Positions 16,722-27,302 of a stretch of DNA of 64,000 bases are shown here, piece by piece (the stretch's first letter is position 1; each line of letters begins with the position of its first letter). The notes below the pieces were generated by a model. It was not told the origin of the DNA. It did not search any database and saw nothing but the letters and a program-made list of their open reading frames with translations. The DNA lies in contig JAVJQW010000070.1 of the NCBI GenBank assembly GCA_040218735.1, positions 256,001 through 320,000 on the forward strand, in the 5' to 3' direction. The translations under genes were made by a program, and so were the position numbers. The DNA comes from Deltaproteobacteria bacterium (GTDB lineage: Bacteria > Myxococcota > Kuafuiibacteriia > Kuafuiibacteriales > Kuafuiibacteriaceae).

Positions 16722-19652
16722 TTGGAACACATCCCGACGCTTCGTCACTTCACCTTCACAACCTATCTCGTCACCGCGGCCGCCGTCGGCTGCACGTCGG
16801 ACGGGCTCGAGCTCGACCGCGCCTTCGACTTCACACCGAGCGCGATCGACTTCGGAGAGATCGCCGTGGGCGACTCCGCCGATCGCACCGTCCGCATCGT
16901 CAGCCGCACCGACCGCGAGCTAACGGTCGAGGTCGCGCTCGCCGACCCCGGCTTCACCGCCCTCGCCGAAGAGGTCTTACTCCCGGCGGGCGGCACGGCC
17001 TCCGTCGAGGTCCGCTTCGGACCCGAGGACGCCGGCACCTTCGAGGGCGGCCTCGTCATCAGCGGTGGCGGCGCCACGGGTAGCGTCGCGCTCACGGGCC
17101 GCACACCACCGCCGTGCATCCTCGACGCACTTCAGCCGCGGGAGATCGCGCTCGGCGCGACGTTGCCGTCGACCACCCGAGAGCACCGCATCCCGATCGA
17201 CAACCCGAGCACGTTCCCGCTGACCGTCGACGTCAGCGCGCAGCGCAACTTCCAACCGTGCGGCGGCGCCGGCGGCGAGGCGTTCTGCTACGCGCTCGAG
17301 CCTGGGCCCGAGCTCGCGCCCGACGGCAGCGTGGAGTTGGTGGTTCGGTTATTGCCCCTCATCCCCGGCGTCCGTGAGCGCGGCGAGCTGAGGCTTTCCA
17401 CCAGCGAGACGTGCGCGGCTGATCTCACGTTCGACAGCGTGACCGTCTCGCGCGGCATCGACTGTTCGCCGGGCGCCGTCGACTTCGACGACGTGCAGCC
17501 CGGCGACTGCGGCACCCGAACCGTCACGTGTGAAAACATCGCCAACGTCCCGTTCTCGGTGACGCGGTGGGGCCTCGCCGAAGCACCGTCCCCGAACGAC
17601 CCGGCGTTCACCGTCTCGCCGAGCCGCACCGTCGCGATGCCGGCGGGGGCCTCCGTCGACATCGACGTGACCTTCTGCCCAACGACATTCGCCCGCGCCG
17701 AGGCGGTGCTGGAGGTCGAGAGCGACCCGGCCGAATCGTGGCTGCCGAAGATCCACGTCCCGGTCGAGGGCGGCGGCTGTTCCCCGAGCGTCGAGACGGT
17801 CCCCGAGTCCCTCGACTTCGGCGAGGTCTCCGTCGTGGTCCCCGTCCGCCGTCACCTCGTGATCACCAACGTGGGCTTCGAACCGTTCGCCATCACCCAC
17901 GTCCTCGGGGACACCGCGGGCACCGGCGCGCTCACGGTCATCGGCGACGCCAATGGGATTCTGGAGCCCGGCGAGGCGAGGTTCGTCACGGTCGAGGTCG
18001 CGCCGCAGACGCCGGGTCCTGTGTCCACCGCCGTCCTCGTCGGGACGAGCGATGTGTGCGCCGCGGAGATCACGGTGCCGGTGAACATGGTCGGCGTGAA
18101 CCTCCCTTTGTGTTCGTTCAACATACCGCCGACGCTCGACTTCGGCGTCGTCCCCGTCGGCCGGCGAGTCGAGCGCAACCTCTACGTCCGCACCGGCGCG
18201 TCGGAGTGCCTCCTGTCCGCGACGCAGATCGCGGCGGGCTCGGACGTCGCGTACTCCATTTTGGATCCGGTCGTCACGAGTGAGCGCATCCCACCGAACA
18301 CCACGCGCGCGGTGCGCGTCGCGTGTCGACCCGACGACACCGGGCCGAGCACGGGCGACGTTGAGCTGAGCATCTCGAGCCCGCCCGACCCCTACCCCAC
18401 GGTCGCGCTCGCCGCGCGCGCGGAGCTGGACGCGCTCGTCGTGACCCCGCGGACGATCGACTTCGGCACCGCGGGTGTCGACTGCCGAACGCCGGCGCGA
18501 CGGATCACGATCGCGAACCCCACGGCGCAGGCCGTGACCATCGGTACCGTCGACTTCGTCCCTGCTGTCCCCGAGATTGGCCTCGTGAACCCGCCGACCC
18601 TCCCGATATCGATCGCACCGGGTCAGACCGCCTCGATCGAGGTCGACTTCTCGCTCGACCGCGCGGGGGAGATCACGACGCTGCTGGAGATCGGCGCGGC
18701 GGTGGGGGGGAGCGCGCACGTATACCGCGTGGAGCTCATCGGGCGCGCGGACGCGGCGACAACGGTCACCGAGACCTTCGAGCAGGCGCCCCCGGCACGT
18801 TCGGAGATCCTGTTCGTCCTCGAGCGCAGCATCGGCACCCGCGACGCCTTCACGGATCTCGGGAACGCGCTCCCGACGTTCCTCACGGCGGCGAACATGG
18901 CGGGGCTCGCCTGGCGCATCGGTGTCACCACCACCTCCGGCGACGAAGGCGGCCGCCTCGTCCATCCTCGGAACCCGACCAACCTCTTCGGCGGCAGCAC
19001 CTCGAACCGAATCCTCCGACCCACGAGCGCGGGCCTGTCGACCCTGTTTCAACGTAACGTCGCGGTGGGGATCGGCGGCGAGGTCCCCGCGCCCGGAATC
19101 GAGATGGCGTGGCGCGCGCTGTCCGCGCCGAACCTCGTCGGCGCCAACGTCGGCTTCGGCGACCCCGACGCGAGCCTCAGCGTGGTCTTCGCGACCAACG
19201 GGGACGACGGCTCCCCGGGTTCGGACGCCTACTACCGCGCGCTGTTCGCGAGCCTGGAGGAGGAGCGCGGCCGCGGAAGCCTCGGCGTCCACGTGGTCGG
19301 CGGCGACGCCCTCATCGGCTGCCCCGACGCCGGCGCGTCCACGCGCTATGTGAACCTGGCGGCGGACCTCGGCGGGACGTTTCACTCCATCTGCATGCCG
19401 GACTGGCCGGAGCAAATCCTCGGGGAGCTGCCGAACGCGATCGTCTTCCGCAGCCTGCTCCGTCTGAACGCCACGCCGATCCCGTCGACGCTCCGGGTGT
19501 TCGTGGACGGGGTCGAGCTCCCCAACCAGACAGCCGGGGGGACGACGAACTGGACCTACGACGCCGCGTTCGACGCGGTGCGCCTGTCGGCGTTTGCCGC
19601 GCCGCAGCTCTGGTCGACCATCCGCGTGGAGTACACGCAGATGTGTCTGTAG
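16722..19652 (+). CDS. Lipoprotein with tandem choice-of-anchor D/ASH Ig-like domains and C-terminal degenerate VWA
   Basis: Lipobox AVGC; repeated IDFG/LDFG...ITN/IAN modules; C-terminal EILFVL...WRIGVTTTS...SIC...W as in myxobacterial VWA proteins; TTG start uncertain. Confidence 0.85.
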   Translation: MEHIPTLRHFTFTTYLVTAAAVGCTSDGLELDRAFDFTPSAIDFGEIAVGDSADRTVRIVSRTDRELTVEVALADPGFTALAEEVLLPAGGTASVEVRFGPEDAGTFEGGLVISGGGATGSVALTGRTPPPCILDALQPREIALGATLPSTTREHRIPIDNPSTFPLTVDVSAQRNFQPCGGAGGEAFCYALEPGPELAPDGSVELVVRLLPLIPGVRERGELRLSTSETCAADLTFDSVTVSRGIDCSPGAVDFDDVQPGDCGTRTVTCENIANVPFSVTRWGLAEAPSPNDPAFTVSPSRTVAMPAGASVDIDVTFCPTTFARAEAVLEVESDPAESWLPKIHVPVEGGGCSPSVETVPESLDFGEVSVVVPVRRHLVITNVGFEPFAITHVLGDTAGTGALTVIGDANGILEPGEARFVTVEVAPQTPGPVSTAVLVGTSDVCAAEITVPVNMVGVNLPLCSFNIPPTLDFGVVPVGRRVERNLYVRTGASECLLSATQIAAGSDVAYSILDPVVTSERIPPNTTRAVRVACRPDDTGPSTGDVELSISSPPDPYPTVALAARAELDALVVTPRTIDFGTAGVDCRTPARRITIANPTAQAVTIGTVDFVPAVPEIGLVNPPTLPISIAPGQTASIEVDFSLDRAGEITTLLEIGAAVGGSAHVYRVELIGRADAATTVTETFEQAPPARSEILFVLERSIGTRDAFTDLGNALPTFLTAANMAGLAWRIGVTTTSGDEGGRLVHPRNPTNLFGGSTSNRILRPTSAGLSTLFQRNVAVGIGGEVPAPGIEMAWRALSAPNLVGANVGFGDPDASLSVVFATNGDDGSPGSDAYYRALFASLEEERGRGSLGVHVVGGDALIGCPDAGASTRYVNLAADLGGTFHSICMPDWPEQILGELPNAIVFRSLLRLNATPIPSTLRVFVDGVELPNQTAGGTTNWTYDAAFDAVRLSAFAAPQLWSTIRVEYTQMCL

Positions 19653-19653
19653 C

Positions 19654-20760
19654 TCAGGAGACGCCGCGCAAGACGCGGGTGCGGTCGCTCGGCGGGGTGA
19701 AGAAGCTCTTCACCTTGCCGATCTCCGCGATGCGCCGCAGCGCGAGGTTGTCCGCCGCCTTGTGCGTGGGGATGTCCTCGCGGCGGGCGATCTCGAAGAC
19801 GCGCATCATGATGTCGTAGATGCCGTCGGCCTGCTTGAGCGCGCGCTCCTGGTTGTAACCTTCGAGCTCGTTCGCGACGTTGATGAGGCCGCCCGCGTTG
19901 ATGACGTAGTCGGGGGCGTACAGCATCCCGCGCTCGAGGAGGCCGCGACCGTGGCGGCGCTCGTCGTGAAGCACGTTGTTCGCGGAGCCGGCGACGATCT
20001 CCACCTTCAGGCGCGGGAGTGTGTCGTCGTTGACGACCGCGCCGAGCGCGCACGGTGCGAAGATGTCGGCCTGCACGTCGAAGATCTTGTCGGTGTCGAC
20101 GACCTCGGCGTTGAACTCCGCGACGGCGCGCCGCAGGTTCTCGTCGTACAGGTCGCAGACGGTCAGCCGCGCGCCCGCGCGGTGCAGCAGCTTCGCGAGG
20201 TGGTAGCCGACCGCGCCGACGCCCTGGATGGTGACGTGTTTGCCGTCCAGGCTGTCCGTGCCCCAGCGCTCCTTCGCGCAGGCCTGCATCCCCGCGAAGG
20301 TGCCCTGCGCCGTGACGGGGGAGGGATCGCCCGACCCCCCGAGCGCCCGGGAGATCCCGGTGACCCAGTTGGTCTCCATCCGCACCCACTCCATGCACCG
20401 CACGTCCGTGCCGGAGTCCTCCGCGGTGATGTACCGGCCGCCCAGGCCCTCGACGAACCGCCCAAACGCCCTAAAGAGCGTCTCCGAGCGCGTCCCCTTG
20501 GGGTCGCCGATGATGACGGCCTTGCCGCCGCCCAGGTTCAGGCCGGCCGCGGCGCTCTTGAACGTCATGCCCCGCGCGAGGCGCAGAACGTCCGTCAGGG
20601 CGTCTTCCGTGCTCTTGTACGGCCACATCCGGGTGCCGCCGAGCGCCGGCCCCAGCGTCGTGTCGTGGATGGCGATGATCGCCTTGAGGCCCGAGACCTC
20701 GTCGTAGCAGAAGGTGACCTGCTCATGATTCTTGCTGGCGACTGCTTCGAAGACGTCCAT
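19654..20760 (-). CDS. Leu/Phe/Val dehydrogenase
   Basis: [56 protein letters not shown]. Confidence 0.96.
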   Translation of the reverse strand: MDVFEAVASKNHEQVTFCYDEVSGLKAIIAIHDTTLGPALGGTRMWPYKSTEDALTDVLRLARGMTFKSAAAGLNLGGGKAVIIGDPKGTRSETLFRAFGRFVEGLGGRYITAEDSGTDVRCMEWVRMETNWVTGISRALGGSGDPSPVTAQGTFAGMQACAKERWGTDSLDGKHVTIQGVGAVGYHLAKLLHRAGARLTVCDLYDENLRRAVAEFNAEVVDTDKIFDVQADIFAPCALGAVVNDDTLPRLKVEIVAGSANNVLHDERRHGRGLLERGMLYAPDYVINAGGLINVANELEGYNQERALKQADGIYDIMMRVFEIARREDIPTHKAADNLALRRIAEIGKVKSFFTPPSDRTRVLRGVS

Positions 20761-20984
20761 CGGCGAGCGGGACGCTATGGGTGCGAAGAAGGCGCGTCAA
20801 CGACATTCAACCCCCCGAAAACAATCCGTTTTCATGCCGCAGTGCGGCGTCGCCCCACCGTCGCGCGTTTGCAACAGGCGTGGCGAAGGGGATACGTGTC
20901 ACCGTCGCTTCGCACCAAGCGACCCGAGCGTCGAATTCAAGTAATTTCAAGCACTTGGACATCAATGCGGCGGTCCGCCCCACC

Positions 20985-21001
20985 TTGGCACGCCGCCTGC
21001 T
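20985..21001 (+). promoter_or_regulatory. Sigma54 (-24/-12) promoter, with upstream IHF-like site
   Basis: TTGGCACGCCGCCTGCT, GG(20987-8)-N10-GC(20999-21000); AT-rich TTTCAAGCACTTG at 20945-20957 resembles WATCAAN4TTR. Confidence 0.7.
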
Positions 21002-21013
21002 TTATCCCCAGGC

Positions 21014-21211
21014 ATGACGATGACGGCGACCAACAGCAACACCCTCGACAGCTGGCTCAAGGCGGTGAACTCGCACCTCGCGGTCCGACGCCTCGAGACC
21101 CAGGCCACCCCGCGCCCCAAGCGCAACCGCGAGCGCGAGCGCGCCCGCCGCGAGGCACGTCAGCTGTTCGCCCAGTACTACCAGGAGCGCGCGATCGCGC
21201 TGGCCTCCTGA
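21014..21211 (+). CDS. Small hypothetical Arg-rich helical protein (65 aa)
   Basis: ORF with high GC3 directly downstream of the sigma54 motif. Confidence 0.65.
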   Translation: MTMTATNSNTLDSWLKAVNSHLAVRRLETQATPRPKRNRERERARREARQLFAQYYQERAIALAS

Positions 21212-21315
21212 AGAATCTTCGAATGCGGGGGCCGCACACTCCGTCAGACGTATCGAGGACGCGCCGTGGCGACGGCTGCGGCGCGCCCCAGCGAAACCGA
21301 CAAACGAAGACTCCG

Positions 21316-21346
21316 AGCCCGTGGCGCGTGCGCCGCGGGCTTTTTT
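21316..21346 (+). terminator. Rho-independent terminator
   Basis: agcccgtggcgc-gt-gcgccgcgggct GC hairpin running into a T6 tract. Confidence 0.8.
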
Positions 21347-21361
21347 ACGTCCGCGCCGGCC

Positions 21362-24300
21362 TCAGTACCGCGCGGTGACGCGCAGGAAGGGCCCACGCGC
21401 GTCCTGCGACAGCAGCGTCAGCACATCGTCCGAAAAGCGCGTGAAGTTGTACCCCGCCCCGATGCGGATGTGCTCGCTGGGCAGGTAGCCGACCTCCAGC
21501 AAGAAGCCGCGCTCGCTCGTGTTCGTGTCGAGGTCCACGAGCATCCGGTACTCCACGCCGCCCTCGACCTGCTGAATCGGCCGCGCGTTCACGCGGTTGA
21601 TCCACAGGACGTTCACGCCGTTCGCCGTCCCGAGGTCGCTCGACGACTCGCTCGACACCAGCGCGAAGCGCTCCACCAGCTGCACGTTCCAGGGTGTGTC
21701 GACGATCGGCTCCACCGACAGCGCGTCCCGCGTCTCACTCACGCGCCGGTCGTCCTCGAGGCTGCGCGGGCGCTGCTGGTCGAGGCGCGTGTACCGCACG
21801 ATCAGCGTGAACCAGTCCTCGGCGCGCGGCCGGAACATCGCCCCCACCGACCCCTCCAGCGCCTTCGCGTAGGTCACGTTCGCGTTGGTGTCCGTGACGT
21901 GCTGCCCCGTCAGGCGTGCGAGCGCCGAGACGTCGCGCGTGATCGACCACAGCGCCACCAGGTGCCCGCCGACGACGCGGAAGTCGCGCCCCCCGACCGC
22001 CTGGTCACCGTTGTCGATCCGCAGCTCACCCCGCGCCGACAGCTTCAGGTTCGGCACGCGCGTCAACACGATCCCCGTCGCGAGCGCGTCGCGCGACACC
22101 GCGCCCGGGAGGATCTGCGCCGGCCGCCCGAACCCGCCGAGCGCCGCCGACAGCCCACCGAACGGCGCCGTGAAGGCCGACGCCTGCGCGTTCGCGTTCG
22201 GCTGCACGTTGCTCGCGAGCAGGTGCGCGCGCTCGTACGCCAACAGGAGGTCCACGCCCTCCCCGACCCGCCAGCGGTTGTCCATGCCGATCACCGCCCG
22301 GCTCGCGGTCGGATCGAAGGCGCCGCCCATCTGCAGCTCGCCGTATGTGCGGCTCCCCTCCGCCACGATGTCCTCGGCGCCGATCACCGTCGTCAGCGCC
22401 GGGACGCCGCCGGTGCTCGTGAACCGCTCCGCGACGTAGCTCGACAGCCCGCCCTCGTTCCGCACGCGCACGCCGAGCTGCGTGGCGTTGTCGCCGTTCC
22501 ACCGCACCGTCTCGAACAGCGCGATCTCCATCGACTCCGTGAGGCGGTACGTCGCCCCGGCCGTCGTCGCGAGCACGCCGATGTTCGAGCTCGTGTACAG
22601 GTCGGTGTCGACGAGCGCGGACTGCCCGATCGTCAGCGTCAGGTCGTCCGAGTACTTGTGGTCGTACCGCCCCGACATCCCCGTCGTGGAGTCGTTCCCG
22701 CCGTCGTCCAGCATCAGGTGCTGCAGCTCGAACCCGAGCCCGTGGCGTCCGGAGCGGTACGTCACGCCGGCGGTCGCGAGCCCCCGGAACAGCCCCTCGG
22801 GCGCGTTGGTCGTCGCGAGCTGCTCGGGCCGTACGTAGGACGCCGCGTCGAACGAAGCCCGCGCCGTCACCTCGGGCGTGAAGTCGTAGCTCGCGGCGAC
22901 GCCGCCCTCCAACCGCCCCGACTGACGCGCCGAACCGAGCGACGAGAACCGAAGCCCCGCCTTCCGGCCGTACGCCCGCACGTAGCCGGTGGGCCGCGCC
23001 TCGAGCGGCTCGTCCGCGAACAGGTCACCGATCGACAGCTGCCCCGACAGCCGGAACGCGTTCGAGTCGAGCGCGCCGAAGAACGGCCCGGTGCGCTCGG
23101 CGAAGTCGGCCTCGTCGAGGCGCGAGGACAGGTCGAGATCGATGAACGAGAGCCCGCCGTCCGTCGACAAGCGCCCCGCCGTCGTCTCTCCCGAAGACCC
23201 CGCGTACTCGAACTCGAGGAACGACGCCTGCGTCGGCCGGTACGCCAGCCCGAAGCCGTAGATGCGGTGCCGCGTCCCGTCGAGGTTCTCGCCCGCGACC
23301 GCACCGAACACCTCGAACTGCTCGGCGATCGTCTCACGCGCCTCGACGCCGAACGTCAGATCCCCCGCGCCGGACGCGAGGTACGTGTAGTCGACCACGA
23401 TGTAGATCGGGTGCCCCGACAGCGCGACGCTGCGGTTGATCCCCGTCTGCGCCATCGACACCGCGTGCGCGACCGGCTCGCGGAACACGATGCGCCCCTC
23501 GTGCGGTCGAATCTCGTAGTCGACGCCGCGCTGCTTCTCGACGCGCTCCAAAACGAACCCCGTGTCGCGGTCGCGCACGACCAGCGCGATGCGCTCCGAG
23601 CCCTCCACGAGGTCGCGGTTCGACAGCCAATACATCGTGCCGCCGGTCCCGCCGATCTCGTCGTGGCCGCGCCGCGTCCCGTCGTTCTCGAGGCCGACCA
23701 TGCCCCGGATCTCGGTCTCGTCGAGCTCGCCGAAGCGCTCGTCGAAGTCGACGTGAACCCCGAAGCCCGCCCGGCGGAACGCGAAGTAGCCGTCCTCCGA
23801 GAGCCCCTCGAGCGTCGTCGTCCGGTTGCCCACGGCGAGCGTGGACTCGTCCGCCTTCACGGTGACGTCGACCTTGTAACGCGACGAGGTCTCCTGAACC
23901 TCCAACCCCGCGTCGCCGAACGCCGGCAACATCCGCAGCGGGTCGTCCTCGAGCCGACGCACCGTCGCATCCTCGAGCGCGCCGGTGTCGATGCGCCCCA
24001 CGACCTCGACCTGCTCGAAGGGCCCCTCGTCCAGCGTCGTCCGCGCGCGACCGTAGGCCACCGCGCGACCGTCGAGCGACAGCGGCCCGGCGTCCACGTG
24101 GGTGTGGCGATTCGAGCCCGCGAGGCGCGCGTTCCCGAGCGAGACCTGCGCGTCCCCCATCGCGAGCAGGAACCACGACGTCGAAGCCGCGACGACGGTA
24201 CGCTCGAACACCGCGCGGTTGCCGTCGACGTCCTCGGTCTCGACACGCACGACGTTCTCACCCGGTTTCAGCGGAACGACCGCCGAGAACGAACCGGACG

Positions 24301-27214
24301 GCGCCACCGCCACGCGCTCGCCCGCGACCCGCACCACGTTCGTCGGCACCGTCGTCCCGACGATCGGGTAGAACAGCCGCGCCTGCGTCTGACCGGCCTG
24401 CGCGACGCGCATCGTGACGTCCGACGCGGGTGTACGCTCCGGCGCCTCCATCGCGGTCGGCGACTTCGCGCGGTCGAGGTTCTCGAGCCCCACGATGGGC
24501 ACCGCGTACACGCTCGACCCGGCGACGAGGATCGTGCGGTCCACCGGATCGATCGGGTCGCTCAGGAGGCGTCGCGCCCCCGGCACCACCAGCACCGGCG
24601 CACGCTCCGCTTCAGCCGCGAGCACCCGGTCGCCCTCGCCCAACGCCTCGATCGTACGCACCCGCGTGACGCGAAGCCCGCCCGGGAACGTCGCGGACCA
24701 CGCGAGGGTGGTCGGCCGCGCGAACACCACCGTCGACGTGACGGTGAGCGCCGTGCCCGGGAGCGGATCGGCGAGCCCGGAGCGCTCCGCGAGGATCGAA
24801 CGCTCACCTCGGGTGTCGAACAGCGCGAGGCTCCACTGCTCGGGGCGCGTCGCCACGCCAAGCTCGGGGGTGATCGTCACCCCGCCGTCCTCCGCCTTGA
24901 CCCGCACCGCGCCCAACGTCAGCGCGTACGGCGCGAGGTTGATCGCGACGTCGCCGATGGTCAGCGCGCTTCCGTCCGTCGATAGCGGCTGTGCGACGCG
25001 CTCGCCCGTGCGGGTCACCCAGTCGACCGTCACCACGCGCCGGAGGATCGCCACGTCACCGTTCGGTCCGCGCAAGGTAGCTTGCAGCGTCGCCGGCGCC
25101 TCGACGTCGATCGTCACGTCGACGTCCGACCATCGCTCCAGCGGCACCTCCCCCGACTTGTTGTCGACGTCCAGGCGCAGGCTCGCGGACCGAACCTCGC
25201 GCGCAGGCACCTTCGGTCGCGGCGCCGCGGCCGGCGGCGCCGCCCCGACGCGCACGTCGACGCGCCGATTCTTCACCCTGAGACGCGCCGAGATGTTCGG
25301 CACGATCGGGACCTCCGCGCCGCGCGAGCCCACGAAGATCCGCCCGGGCGCCACCCCGCGCTCCACGAGCATGGCCTGCACCGACTCCGCCAGCGCGAGC
25401 GCACGCGCGGCCGGGTCTTCGTCCGCCGCGTCCCAGTGCCCGACGATCCCGACGGCCACCCCGTCGGCCAGGCGCCCCTCGAGCGCGGACCACGCGGCGT
25501 CGACGTTCACGACGTCCTCCGAGGCGTCGATGGTGGCGACGGTCTCGAACGCCTCGAGGTCCGGCGCGGACGGGGGCGCAGGGGGCGGGACACCGAAGTC
25601 GACGTCCGCCGACGTGGCCTCGTCGGACTCGTCCGCGAGCAACACCAGCCGCGCCCGGTACACCGCGCTCGGCGGCCGGTCCCAGAACCAGTCCACGAAC
25701 AGCGGCGGTGGCCCGCGACCGGTGAGGGATTCGGCGCGTACCGTGCGGGCGACCTGCCCCGCCGAATCGACGTCGTCGATCTCGATCCGCCACCGCGTCG
25801 GCGTGAACGGCGCGACGTCGAGCGGGAAGAAGCGCACGCCGTTCGGCTTGTCGACCGCGCGCAGCTCTGCGCGCATGAACTGATAGGCGCGCCCCGCGAT
25901 CGACAGCCGACGCTCCGCCGCCGTCAGCGACACCTCCACCGTCCGCGCGCCGCCCGCCAGCGGCGTGCTCACCGTCGTCGTGTGCACCCGCTCGGCGGTG
26001 TTCCAGTCCTCGAGCCGACACGCCACGCCGAACCGCACCTTCCCGGGGGTGCCCGGCGACAGATACAGCTGCGCGCGAATCGGCGTGGTCGGCTCACTCG
26101 GCGGCGGCAGGCTCGCGTCGTCCAGCTTCACGAGGTGCGTCCCCGGCGGGACCCCCGAGAAGTGGAACAGCCCGTTCTCGTCCGTCTGTGCGTAGAAGCC
26201 TGTGTCGAGGTAGACACGTACGCCGAACAGCCCCGGCTCCCCCTCGTCCTGCCAGCCGACCCGGCCGTCCTCGCCGTCGCAGAACACCCGGCCGAAGATC
26301 GTGCTGGTGTCGAGCGTCGGGTCGCCTTCGATCGCGAGCGTCAACGCAGCTTGCTGCGTGACGAGGATGCCGCCCGGCCGCTCGAGCCACGCACGCACGC
26401 GCGGGCGGTTACGATCCGGGACCTGCACGGCGCGCGCGATCGCCCGCACCGCGACGGTTTCGTTGGGCGCGATGGAGATCGGCAGCCGCCAGAGCAAGTC
26501 CGCTTGCGTCGCGTTCACCGTCGCGACGTTGGTCGTGCTCGAAGTCCGCGACGTGCGAACGACCCGCACCGAGTCCTCGAGCAAGCGCAGCTCGGGCGGC
26601 AACGACAGCACCGCTTCGAAGTCGTCGATCGGCGTCGTCTGCCGCGAAGTGAACCGTGCCTCGAACAACACGTGCTGCCCGCGCCGCACCCGTCGCCGGT
26701 CGGCGTCGAGCGTCGCGGTGATCAGCCGGTCGAGCTTGTCGACGGGGACGTGGTTGTTCCGCGCCGAGCCCGGCGTGTTCGTCGAAAACCGCAGCGCGTA
26801 GGTGCCGCTCTCGGTCGGGGCCGTGGACGGATCCACCTCCCCGTTCGGACAGGAGATCGTCGAGCACGCCACGCCCCCCAGCGGCCCGTCGCCCGCCGGC
26901 GGCCGCTCCGCGCTCGGGAAGACAAAACGCAGGTCCTGGCGGTCCAGGCTCAACCGAACCCGGCGGACCGTCTGCACCTCGAACAGGTAGCGCCCGTCCT
27001 CACCGGTGACGCGGCCCTGCTGGGACGGATCCGTCAGCTCGCCGGGCGAGACGACGTCGCCCGTATCGTCGTCCACGAGGAACACCGCGACGCCGCTCAC
27101 CGGCGCGAGGGTGTCGCTCTCGTGAACGACGCCCTCGATGACGAACTGCGCGAAGCTGATCCGCGGGAGGATCAACGCGACGGCGACGAGGACGAACAGC
27201 CTGAGAGCGCGCAT
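21362..27214 (-). CDS. Very large exported/outer-membrane protein: DUF11/SdrD-B-like Ig domains, OmpA-like domain, C-terminal beta-barrel
   Basis: Signal peptide; IFGRVFCD...EGEPGLFGVRVYLDTG...TDENGLFHF; OmpA-like IVGHWD...SRGAEVPIVPN...NRRVDV; amphipathic strands ending FLRVTARY; ATG 27214 chosen. Confidence 0.85.
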   Translation of the reverse strand: MRALRLFVLVAVALILPRISFAQFVIEGVVHESDTLAPVSGVAVFLVDDDTGDVVSPGELTDPSQQGRVTGEDGRYLFEVQTVRRVRLSLDRQDLRFVFPSAERPPAGDGPLGGVACSTISCPNGEVDPSTAPTESGTYALRFSTNTPGSARNNHVPVDKLDRLITATLDADRRRVRRGQHVLFEARFTSRQTTPIDDFEAVLSLPPELRLLEDSVRVVRTSRTSSTTNVATVNATQADLLWRLPISIAPNETVAVRAIARAVQVPDRNRPRVRAWLERPGGILVTQQAALTLAIEGDPTLDTSTIFGRVFCDGEDGRVGWQDEGEPGLFGVRVYLDTGFYAQTDENGLFHFSGVPPGTHLVKLDDASLPPPSEPTTPIRAQLYLSPGTPGKVRFGVACRLEDWNTAERVHTTTVSTPLAGGARTVEVSLTAAERRLSIAGRAYQFMRAELRAVDKPNGVRFFPLDVAPFTPTRWRIEIDDVDSAGQVARTVRAESLTGRGPPPLFVDWFWDRPPSAVYRARLVLLADESDEATSADVDFGVPPPAPPSAPDLEAFETVATIDASEDVVNVDAAWSALEGRLADGVAVGIVGHWDAADEDPAARALALAESVQAMLVERGVAPGRIFVGSRGAEVPIVPNISARLRVKNRRVDVRVGAAPPAAAPRPKVPAREVRSASLRLDVDNKSGEVPLERWSDVDVTIDVEAPATLQATLRGPNGDVAILRRVVTVDWVTRTGERVAQPLSTDGSALTIGDVAINLAPYALTLGAVRVKAEDGGVTITPELGVATRPEQWSLALFDTRGERSILAERSGLADPLPGTALTVTSTVVFARPTTLAWSATFPGGLRVTRVRTIEALGEGDRVLAAEAERAPVLVVPGARRLLSDPIDPVDRTILVAGSSVYAVPIVGLENLDRAKSPTAMEAPERTPASDVTMRVAQAGQTQARLFYPIVGTTVPTNVVRVAGERVAVAPSGSFSAVVPLKPGENVVRVETEDVDGNRAVFERTVVAASTSWFLLAMGDAQVSLGNARLAGSNRHTHVDAGPLSLDGRAVAYGRARTTLDEGPFEQVEVVGRIDTGALEDATVRRLEDDPLRMLPAFGDAGLEVQETSSRYKVDVTVKADESTLAVGNRTTTLEGLSEDGYFAFRRAGFGVHVDFDERFGELDETEIRGMVGLENDGTRRGHDEIGGTGGTMYWLSNRDLVEGSERIALVVRDRDTGFVLERVEKQRGVDYEIRPHEGRIVFREPVAHAVSMAQTGINRSVALSGHPIYIVVDYTYLASGAGDLTFGVEARETIAEQFEVFGAVAGENLDGTRHRIYGFGLAYRPTQASFLEFEYAGSSGETTAGRLSTDGGLSFIDLDLSSRLDEADFAERTGPFFGALDSNAFRLSGQLSIGDLFADEPLEARPTGYVRAYGRKAGLRFSSLGSARQSGRLEGGVAASYDFTPEVTARASFDAASYVRPEQLATTNAPEGLFRGLATAGVTYRSGRHGLGFELQHLMLDDGGNDSTTGMSGRYDHKYSDDLTLTIGQSALVDTDLYTSSNIGVLATTAGATYRLTESMEIALFETVRWNGDNATQLGVRVRNEGGLSSYVAERFTSTGGVPALTTVIGAEDIVAEGSRTYGELQMGGAFDPTASRAVIGMDNRWRVGEGVDLLLAYERAHLLASNVQPNANAQASAFTAPFGGLSAALGGFGRPAQILPGAVSRDALATGIVLTRVPNLKLSARGELRIDNGDQAVGGRDFRVVGGHLVALWSITRDVSALARLTGQHVTDTNANVTYAKALEGSVGAMFRPRAEDWFTLIVRYTRLDQQRPRSLEDDRRVSETRDALSVEPIVDTPWNVQLVERFALVSSESSSDLGTANGVNVLWINRVNARPIQQVEGGVEYRMLVDLDTNTSERGFLLEVGYLPSEHIRIGAGYNFTRFSDDVLTLLSQDARGPFLRVTARY

Positions 27215-27302
27215 CGCGAACACGCCGCCGTCGGCGGCGCGAGAACGTTTAACAGATGTGATGCAGGGTGCGGAAGATGCGCCAGGTCACGCCGCCGCCG
27301 CT

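Noticed and set aside
21208-21300. Possible hammerhead ribozyme (CTGAAGA...GAAA)
   Set aside because: Stem II closing pair and stems I/III could not be formed by eye
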